From the NCBI GenBank assembly GCA_016929065.1, contig JAFGJO010000042.1:96300-160299 (forward strand): 64,000 nucleotides of DNA, written 5' to 3'. This document shows positions 18,463-27,000 of this stretch, piece by piece (the first letter of the stretch is position 1; every line of letters begins with the position of its first letter). Position numbers and translations under genes: made by a program. The stretch is from Spirochaetales bacterium. Lineage in GTDB: Bacteria > Spirochaetota > Spirochaetia > SZUA-6 > RPPD01. Below the pieces are notes generated by a model that was given only the letters and a program-made list of their open reading frames with translations, did no database searches and was not told where the DNA came from.

Positions 18463-21400
18463 CTATAAAATCCGCGCCCGTATCCCAAAGCTGAGAGACA
18501 GGTTTGTTCCGCCTTCAACTGCCGACGAGATAAACCACAGCTCAAGCTGCGTGTAGAATCCGAAGTTGTTGAATGCGCCCCAGTTCTCAATCGTAAAATT
18601 GGCGAATTCAAACTGAACAAGAGCTGCGCCAAATATCAATCCGTCTTCGCTGAATGCTATCTCTTCACCTGAATTCGTGAAATACGAGAATGCCGCACCC
18701 ACGCCGAGGGACATGGAAAAGAATTCCCAGTCAGGGCCAAGGAACGATGCGAACGGAAGCTTGAATACATTTGCAATAAGACGAGCGCCCAGGACTAGTC
18801 CGTTCGGCCATTTTTCCGCACCGGTAAACATATCTGTGTTTGGAGTGTAGCCTGCCTCAAACTGCAGTTTTACATTCTGGTCAAAGAAGGTGAGTCCCAG
18901 ACCCAGATGAAAGAGTGTCGCACCGGTCCCCTGCAGATCAATATACATTCCCTGAATAAACTCGGGGATGGAGTATCCGCTCTTGTCGCCCTTACGCAGG
19001 TTAACCGAAATATCAGCGAGCCGGTTTTCATCGGAAGCGATTCCCACAATCCGGATCTTGTCATTAAACCGTTGATTCTCCTCGGGGCCAAGGAGGTTCA
19101 CAAACGGCGGCTTGTCGTCGTTCAGATACATTGTTTTGGTAATTACCTGTTTTTCTCCCACGGTTGCACGCATGATAATGCGGACATTGCCGTCGGGGAT
19201 ATCCTGGGTCTGGAGCCGGTAGCGCCATTGGTCGGTCCCGTTCACCTCATGAAAGCTTTTGCCGTTATTGAGGCTGATCTCGACTTTCTGCACACGGTTT
19301 TTATTGAGCGTTTTTTCATATTTCTCAAACTCTTCCTTTTGTTCGCGGTCTACCGCATCAAGGAAAAATCCTGCCTCACCTTCGAGCCATGGACGCCGCG
19401 CCACAAAATCTCCGGTATGGAAATTGTTAATTCTCACCCATCCGCCCACACGGGTATAAATGATTTTTTGTTTTCCAGATTTGATCACACTGCCGTCGGC
19501 GCTGGTCGTTGCCAGTTCCAGATCATGTTCGCCGTCTCCAAGGTCTTCGGGACCCATATCAAGGTAAAAGTACCCGTATTCGGAAATGTCCGCCTGCTTT
19601 TTCTTTGCACCATCCACCAGCAGGTCTACGGTTTTTACCGGATATTCCGACATCACCTTACCGCTGATCGTAAAGAAGCCGGCGACATTTTCGCCCTCTA
19701 CAGGAAAAACCTGTTCCATTGTGTTCACAATTGTTTTTTCTTTTATCACGATATTGCGCGTAATATAGACAATATTGTTTGCCTTGTCGCGCGCCTCGAT
19801 GCGCAGATTATACCACCCGGGTTTCAGGCTGGTGACGTCGATCTGACGGGAAAACACACCGGAAAGCGGCAGTTCCACGGGTTTTGCGAGCGCTGAACTG
19901 CCGGTCTTGAATCCCGCTCCGCCGCTGATGGGCGATACCTCAAAGGTGAGAGCTGACAATACAATGTTGTCGAACGCACGGCCGTCAAGAAGCATTTTCT
20001 CTGTATACTCCTGCCCGTCCTTCGGAAAATCAAGGGAGAGGGTCGGCGGTGTATTGTCAATATTGAGCATTGTCGCAAAGAGCCCCTCGGTTGAGGTCTT
20101 GTCGACTGCTTTCACAAGGATTCGGTGAATCCCGTCTGAAAGCAGATGTGTATTCAATGGAAATGTCCATTTCTCCGCGCCGAATCCTTTCTGGAAGCTG
20201 TTGCCATTGTCAAAACTGAAATACACTTCCTTGATTCCGTTCGCGTCGCTCGAGTTCCCTGCCAGGGTAATGGTTCCGCGCGTGGTTACCGATACTTGTG
20301 GGGATTCAAGCGTTGAAATCGGTTCTGCCTTGGAGATGAATATCTTGCGTTTGATTACATCGCCTTTAAATCCGCTGATATCCTCGGCCTGCACTTCAAT
20401 GGTATGTTCGTTGTCAGTAATTTCATCAAGCTTTACGGGAACGCGGAAACTGTTTCCACCCTCGAGTTTCTGAAACTCGCCGTTGTCAAGCCTGAAGTAT
20501 ATCGCACCCACACCGTCATCGTCGAAAACCATGCCCGAGATGACAAAGTCGTTCCTCAGAACTTCTTCTTCTTCCGGAATCTGGATTTCGGCGACCGGTT
20601 TGTCGGCCTCATAATTGATATTGAATACCGGATTGGTCACCGCATTGTTGCCTGCCATGTCCGTTACTCTGAAATAAAATTTCTCGGGAAGTTTTTTGTA
20701 TTTTGTCAAATCAAGATTGTAGGCAAGGAATCTGCCGCCCTCGATCGGTGTATATGTTTTTCCATCATCGGAAAACTCGATAGTTTTGATCCTGCCCTCA
20801 TCGGCAATATCCGCCATAACGCTGAAGATACCGTTTACCGGAACCCCTTCTTGCGGAGTAATAAGGGTAAACGCCGCGTTGGCAGTATCTTTTTTCAGCG
20901 GAATCACTTTTACAGTGCTTTTGCCGCTGTTGTCGGTTGCCTTCACAAACAGGGGAAATGTTCCGTCTGCGATCGCCTCAAGAGAAATTGTCTCGGAAAA
21001 AGTCACACCCTCTGTGCTCTTTTTTACGGTCATCGGCTTGTAGGTACCTTCCGCGTTCAGGGCATATTCAACCGCGGCGATGCCGATCTTGTCGTTTGCC
21101 GTTCCCTCGATTTTCACCGAGTTTTTGTACCATTCCTCGGCCACCGGTGTGGTTAACGTGAGTTCAGGCTCCCCTGCATCGGAAATGAACTGTAATTTTT
21201 TAACAAAGGTCTTGCCATTGGTTTTCTTCACCACAATTTCAACCGCCTGGCTTAATCCCTCGCCGGTTGCAGTAATGGTGATCTTCCGGCCGTCTGCCGA
21301 TGCCTGCAGAAATCCCGTTGCCGGTTTTATCTCGACGCTTGCAACAGTGTACCCGTTGAAAAATCCGATTAAGGGTTTTTCCGGTGCAATATATGCTTTG

Positions 21401-23862
21401 TTGTCAGCGGTTATCCTTGAATCGATAAAATACAGATCCTCGGCAGTGTTGAGCACCGTCTTGCCGGGATCATCAATTTTGTAAAAAAAATCAGAATAAT
21501 ACCCGGTCTGTTTTGTCTTGTTGGTAAACCGGACAGTAAACTCGTTTTTACCGTAGGGAAGTTCCTTGGGCAGGGCAATACTGATCGCCGCAAGCGGCTG
21601 ATTGTTGTTTCGTTTGACATCAATCCCCTTGTATTCCTTGCCGCCATTAAAGCTCACTTCTGCTCGATCGATGGTTTGCTCGACTGTTCCTTCCAGCCGC
21701 ATGGTTCCGTCGCTTGCAGCAAGCTGCACCCCGGAAAAATAGTCAACCGTCGCGGTTTTCGAAACTGCTTTAAGGATTGCTGCAGAATACACATCTGCGG
21801 AGGGTGAGTTCACTGTTGTCACACTAACCGGTTCGGAAGTTACTGTTTCCCCGCCGACGGTTTTTATACTGATCCGCACGGTTCCTTCAACGCCGGTCTG
21901 GGACGGGGTGATAATAACCCGTTTCCCCTGGGCCGATGCCGACAGAAACGGGGTATTCGGTTCAAGCGATACCGATGCGATATCCTCCCCGGAATAATAA
22001 GCGGTAAGCGGAGAATCGGATGCAATCTCTACCTGATCATTCGCATTCTTGCGTGCCAAAGCAAGCGACAGTGCTGGTTTTTCGTATATCCCGGTATAAT
22101 TGTTGACATACACAAACGTGGTAAAGGAAAAAGACCGGTCATATTTGTCTGTGGCGTTAATTGTAATGGGAACAACACCATACGGGATGTCCGGCGAAAG
22201 AGCTATTTCAAACTCGCGCCAAAACTTTTCGGTCATTGTTTTCAAGGTGATCGGTTTGGGGGCAATCCCCTCAGTCTCCCACGTCGCTTTGGCAAAACCG
22301 CCGTAATCGCGGATGAGCCCGGTGAGTTTTGCATTGCCGGCCTTGTCCACTGCTATTCCAGGATAAAAGGGAGCTGAAGATTTACCGCTCACCAGATCCT
22401 GCATGACCAGTTCTGTATTGCCGCCCGTAGAGGTAAAATCAACAGTCACCGGAAGTCCTTTTGTACCGTACATGTCTGTTGCAGTAACGGTGATTTTGTG
22501 CTTTCCCGCAGCAAGTTCGTCAAGAATGAGGGAAAATCCTTCCTTTGCCTCGACCGTTGTGCTTTCTTTTCCATCGATGGAATAGGTAATTTCTTTTGCA
22601 CCGTCCGCATCGGTAACGAATCCGTAGACAGGCAGCCTTCCAGAGATCACTGCATCTGCAAACGGCGACAACAGCTGAACCACCGGCTTGTCAGCTTCTC
22701 GGTCGATTTTTACCGGAACCCGCAGTACTTCCTTGTTGCCGGTGCTGTCTTCCAGGGTAAACGTAACTGTTTCCTCGGCAGATGCCAGCCCCGAAAAATC
22801 AAAGTTCTGTTTCCAGTAAATGTTTCCGGGAACGAGTTCAATCTCCCCTGTTTTATCTTTCCATTCCCAGGTCAGACCCTTTAACCCGATTTCGTCCCGC
22901 GCCGTCCCCACAACCGCAACCTGCGAAAGGTTTTTCGCATCGGGAAGCGGAGAGACAATTTCCAAAGCCGGTTTCTTGTTGTCGACAAAGAACAGAAACG
23001 CAGCATAGCCCACAGAACCGGTATTGTCCGTACTTTTAAACCAGAACACCTGCGGTCCGTCCTCGAGCCGGTTCGTGTCGATATCAAGCTTGAAAACATA
23101 TTGACTTTCTTCCTGTTTGTATTCCATGCCCAGCTGCTTGTAGGTTTCCCCGCGGTCTTCACTGTAAAAAAGCGAGACAATCCCGTTTAAATCCCGGACA
23201 TTTGCCTCCAGTTTTGCATTGCCGTGCAGGAGCACGCCGCTTTGGGCATTGGTAAACTCAAACAGCGGTTTTGCCGTATCGATCTGAAACTTGCGGGAGA
23301 CTTCATTACCCACAGCACCGTTTATATCAATACCGCGTACGGTGATCGTGTGTACCCCGTCGGTATAGCCTTCTGTTTTAAAATTGTACGACCAGAAATC
23401 CTTTCCCTGTGCGGGAGCGTATTCTCCCTCATCGATTTTTACTTCCACCTTGGCAACCGCGTCGTCGTCCGCGCACACCCCCACAATGTTGAGGCTTGAG
23501 CCGCCGACACGCATCATGTTCACCGGGTTGGTAATATCTACCACCGGCAAATCCGAATCCGGATCAATTAAAATATTGACCGGGCCTTCAAAATAGACAT
23601 TGCCTGCCTTGTCAGTACCTTTTATAATGATATTATATGTTCCCTTTTCAAGGCCGGATACATCAAAGGTATAGTCCCAGTTTTCAAGGCCGTTTGCCTT
23701 TTTGTAGGAATTAAGAAAAGGCTCAGGAGTGGGTTTTGGCGTTGCAACCACAGGAGTTTCTTCCCCGGCCGAAACAGGAGTTTCTTCCTGGGCAAAGACA
23801 ACCATCCCGGTTGTCCCCAAAAAGAGTATGAACATCAACGCAAACAGTCTCATTTTAAACAT
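18463..23862 (-). CDS. Giant secreted surface protein 1 (about 1800 aa). Signal peptide, more than 12 tandem Ig-like beta-sandwich modules, and a C-terminal amphipathic beta-strand (putative outer-membrane barrel) region
   Basis: Signal peptide 'MRLFALMFILFLGTTGMVVFA/QEE'. Module motif [LIV]xGxAxDxxGhxxhxhxxDxGxxY recurs, for example 'IVGVCADDDAVAKVEVKID', 'VSGTARDEIGLKGLTWEW', 'VYGFVTDADGAKEITYSIDGK', 'IEGTANDKIGIAAVEYAL', 'ISGMVFDDDGVGAIYFRLDNG', 'LAGNSSDANGIKEVYFSFDNG', 'IVGIASDENRLADISVNL'. The last 170 aa have alternating hydrophobic strands ending in '...LSLSFGIRARIL'. The ORF could start at 23910. Confidence 0.6.
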   Translation of the reverse strand: MFKMRLFALMFILFLGTTGMVVFAQEETPVSAGEETPVVATPKPTPEPFLNSYKKANGLENWDYTFDVSGLEKGTYNIIIKGTDKAGNVYFEGPVNILIDPDSDLPVVDITNPVNMMRVGGSSLNIVGVCADDDAVAKVEVKIDEGEYAPAQGKDFWSYNFKTEGYTDGVHTITVRGIDINGAVGNEVSRKFQIDTAKPLFEFTNAQSGVLLHGNAKLEANVRDLNGIVSLFYSEDRGETYKQLGMEYKQEESQYVFKLDIDTNRLEDGPQVFWFKSTDNTGSVGYAAFLFFVDNKKPALEIVSPLPDAKNLSQVAVVGTARDEIGLKGLTWEWKDKTGEIELVPGNIYWKQNFDFSGLASAEETVTFTLEDSTGNKEVLRVPVKIDREADKPVVQLLSPFADAVISGRLPVYGFVTDADGAKEITYSIDGKESTTVEAKEGFSLILDELAAGKHKITVTATDMYGTKGLPVTVDFTSTGGNTELVMQDLVSGKSSAPFYPGIAVDKAGNAKLTGLIRDYGGFAKATWETEGIAPKPITLKTMTEKFWREFEIALSPDIPYGVVPITINATDKYDRSFSFTTFVYVNNYTGIYEKPALSLALARKNANDQVEIASDSPLTAYYSGEDIASVSLEPNTPFLSASAQGKRVIITPSQTGVEGTVRISIKTVGGETVTSEPVSVTTVNSPSADVYSAAILKAVSKTATVDYFSGVQLAASDGTMRLEGTVEQTIDRAEVSFNGGKEYKGIDVKRNNNQPLAAISIALPKELPYGKNEFTVRFTNKTKQTGYYSDFFYKIDDPGKTVLNTAEDLYFIDSRITADNKAYIAPEKPLIGFFNGYTVASVEIKPATGFLQASADGRKITITATGEGLSQAVEIVVKKTNGKTFVKKLQFISDAGEPELTLTTPVAEEWYKNSVKIEGTANDKIGIAAVEYALNAEGTYKPMTVKKSTEGVTFSETISLEAIADGTFPLFVKATDNSGKSTVKVIPLKKDTANAAFTLITPQEGVPVNGIFSVMADIADEGRIKTIEFSDDGKTYTPIEGGRFLAYNLDLTKYKKLPEKFYFRVTDMAGNNAVTNPVFNINYEADKPVAEIQIPEEEEVLRNDFVISGMVFDDDGVGAIYFRLDNGEFQKLEGGNSFRVPVKLDEITDNEHTIEVQAEDISGFKGDVIKRKIFISKAEPISTLESPQVSVTTRGTITLAGNSSDANGIKEVYFSFDNGNSFQKGFGAEKWTFPLNTHLLSDGIHRILVKAVDKTSTEGLFATMLNIDNTPPTLSLDFPKDGQEYTEKMLLDGRAFDNIVLSALTFEVSPISGGAGFKTGSSALAKPVELPLSGVFSRQIDVTSLKPGWYNLRIEARDKANNIVYITRNIVIKEKTIVNTMEQVFPVEGENVAGFFTISGKVMSEYPVKTVDLLVDGAKKKQADISEYGYFYLDMGPEDLGDGEHDLELATTSADGSVIKSGKQKIIYTRVGGWVRINNFHTGDFVARRPWLEGEAGFFLDAVDREQKEEFEKYEKTLNKNRVQKVEISLNNGKSFHEVNGTDQWRYRLQTQDIPDGNVRIIMRATVGEKQVITKTMYLNDDKPPFVNLLGPEENQRFNDKIRIVGIASDENRLADISVNLRKGDKSGYSIPEFIQGMYIDLQGTGATLFHLGLGLTFFDQNVKLQFEAGYTPNTDMFTGAEKWPNGLVLGARLIANVFKLPFASFLGPDWEFFSMSLGVGAAFSYFTNSGEEIAFSEDGLIFGAALVQFEFANFTIENWGAFNNFGFYTQLELWFISSAVEGGTNLSLSFGIRARIL

Positions 23863-23923
23863 CGTTTTTCCTCCTTGATTCACCGTTGGCCGTAAGCTCC
23901 GGTGTTTCACACCAAAACCATAG

Positions 23924-23973
23924 TTTGCCGTTTTCTCTCCGTGTTCTGTGCAGAACGGCCATAAAACGGCAAA
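23924..23973. promoter_or_regulatory. Inverted repeat TTTGCCGTTTT-N28-AAAACGGCAAA upstream of giant protein 1. Same AAACGGCAA half-site as at gdhA and livK
   Basis: tagTTTGCCGTTTTctctccgtgttctgtgcagaacggccatAAAACGGCAAAg. Confidence 0.4.
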
Positions 23974-24002
23974 GAAAAAGCTCTCTCCCCTCAGGGAGAG
24001 AG
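23971..24002 (-). terminator. Intrinsic terminator after giant surface protein 2
   Basis: Minus-strand RNA CUCUCUCCC-ugag-GGGAGAGAG followed by CUUUUUCUUU. It starts 13 nt after the stop at 24015. Confidence 0.75.
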
Positions 24003-24014
24003 TATCAATTTGTA

Positions 24015-27000
24015 TTATTCTTCGGGCTTGAGCTGGACGATATCAAACGCATCACCCTTGTATCCAACCGACACTGTCCAATCCACCGAACCCTTTGCAT
24101 ACTCAATACTGGTCCGGTTTTCTGAAATAGGAGTGGACAGAGGTGCATTAATATATTCCCAGCTTGAACGGGTTGTATCCCAATAAGCTACCTTGAGTCC
24201 ATTAAAGGTTCCAATCATTGAACTGTTCAGGTATGAAATATACGGAGTTGTCCCGTTCAGGGTAATGTCCGCCCAGGCACCCACAGCTCCTTCGCTGTCA
24301 ATCACTGTGCTGGCCGCAAACACGTAATTGTCATTGGAAAAGTCCGGGCCGCTCGGATCAATATCAGGCGCGGTAATATATACCAGATCGCCGGTCGAGA
24401 TCCGATAACAGGCAAGATACAGTCTTCCAGTAGTATCAAAATCTATAGTGACATGCTGGCCGATATAGAATCTGTTGGGATCACTTGTCCCGACAAAAAC
24501 AGTCTGGCGGTACCAGTCTGACGGCGATGCCGGCGCGGTGCTTGTCGCCCGTGCAAGTTTTATTGTCTGTGCTGCGATGTCATAGTAAGCAATTACCGGA
24601 TATCCCTGTTCATCGACATCAATCGTCACATATGAACCTGCCGAGGTACTTCTCGTTGCCCCCTGCGAAACAAGATTGCTCGTTGCTGTAATGATTGTAT
24701 AACTGGTATAAGTAGTATCAATGGTCGTATCAAAATCCACACGTCCAGTGCCGCTGGTAAATGCAGTAATGAGTGCTGTCCCGTAATTTCCCAAATTATT
24801 ATGAAGCTGAATTGTCTGACCGGCAGCAATCATGGTGTTCCCTATAAGTGCGGTATCGGTAACCCGGGTATTTGCCCTTGTGCCTACACCGGTTAAATGG
24901 ATCACGTCGTCACCATCAGACCCGCCGTCAATATTTATCCAGTTCATCTCCCCGGTTGACGTACTGCCATTCAGCGCATATCCGTATTTTACGGCATTGG
25001 TGTTGAGATCGTAATAGGCAATATGAATGTTATTCCCGGTTCGTACAACCTTCGGCCTCTGGAACTGCAAAAGCATGGTATCGTGATACAGCATCTCGAA
25101 CCGGTAAAAATAGTTCCAGGGATAAGCGCCACCGCGCTGAACCTGCTGCGGAGCGCTCGTATTGTAGACACTCACCGCTCCTGCCGAGTCGATATCCGGC
25201 GACCACCCCGATCCGCCGTAGTAATTTCCAAGGTAAACAACAGAAATGTTATCCGAACTGTCAAGATGAATATCACTGTATTCAGCGGGGTCATACATCT
25301 GGAATATCGGCGTTGCCGATGCTGTGGTCCCATAGAACACGGACGCTGCTGTTGTGTAGTCGGTCCATGATCCATACAGGGTTCCGTCCGAGGCGATGCT
25401 CATTGCCGGGTATTGAGCATTTGTACTTGAATCGAATGAAAGCCCGGTTCTCCAGACTGACAAATATCGGTCGTCATTCCACAAAGTCTCGTCGATGCCG
25501 CTTCCGTCATCTTCCTTGTTGTACACAAGCAGATCGCTATTCACTGTATTGACGGCTTCGATATTATTTACCATAACCCGGAGCCACCCTGAATGAGTTA
25601 CTGCGTTCAAATTTGTCAACGTCAGCTGGGTAAACGTCCCATTTGCCGTCACATCCGCATTTGCAATCTGGTCATATTCCAGGGTTCCTGTTGCGCCGTC
25701 GCCGATTTCACGGTCCCAGACGCGGACCCAGGAATTGGTTCCGTATGTTCCTGTTTTCGCCAGATTGTACCCATTGATTGCCAGCCCGGTTTCACCTGTC
25801 TGGACCGAGTATTTCCCATATTTGGAACGGGTTGTCGCTTCCGCACCGAGCGAACGCAGTATCCCCGAAATATACGGAACGACATCGTGATCACGGCTTT
25901 CGAAACTGTTGTTCGGGGTAAAGTCAATCGCACGCACCAAAACTGTTATATTGTCGCCGGTCCGGTTGGTGACATTCGCGGTATTCCAGACATATGTCCA
26001 GTCAAAGTCATGCCCGCCGGATTCCGTCAAGGTGACATTGCTGATCGTCAGGTTGCCGAAAGTCCCGCCGGTATACGTCTGCGGCCAGGTTGCCAGTGCA
26101 ACCTCGGTACCGTCGCCGGAACCCAGATCAAAGTTGTCAATCGCCATATTGAAGTACCGGATTCTCTGGTTGTCATGCATATGCCCTTTCAGCGTAATCG
26201 TTCCGCTGACATCCGGATCGGTCCCGTCATAAAGGCTGTCTCCGTCATGTTCGATATGACCGCCGGTGACAGGATCGGATGTCCGGTCGGACTGTGAAAG
26301 GTCGTCCAGCGTCACCTCCGGTGCATCGCCGTCATCATTATCGATCACCACATCAATGGTTTCATCGACATAAATACCATCCGCGTCGGTCACCCGTATC
26401 AGGAAGGTCGTCGGACCTTCGCTGTATCCGCTAATGTCGATGTCGCCTGCAGCAGCCGAAAGCACCAGGGCACCTGCAGCATCCGGATGATACACACGGT
26501 AATCGGATAATGTATCATTGTCTGTTGCGGTGACGCTGATATAAAGCAGATTTCGGCCGGTAATTCCATAGGCGTCATCATAGACGAACCGTTCGTTGGC
26601 ATCATCGGTTGAATCATCAAAATCAAGATCCGTTCCCACAGTAAGCCCGGTAATCTGGGGTTTGTTGTTTTTGATGAATCCCGTCTGTTCATTATGTCGG
26701 CCATTGCCTCCCTTGTCGAAGGTGACATAATGGATGGTTAACGGACCATCGGGAATATTTGATGAATCAAACTGTGCCCACCAGTTGTAATCAGAACCGG
26801 AAAGCGTGAGGGATTCATCATACCCGTCTCCATCTCCATTCCCGGAGCCGTCATTTCCCAGCTCGGTTGTTTTATCGATGGTGATCACATAATCCGTTTT
26901 TTCACCTGGATCCATATAAGGCACATCACCGTTTCCATCGTCAAAATCATTTAAGGTTGCCGTTGTGGTGCCCGCGCCATTCGGACTGTACAACGTGTAG

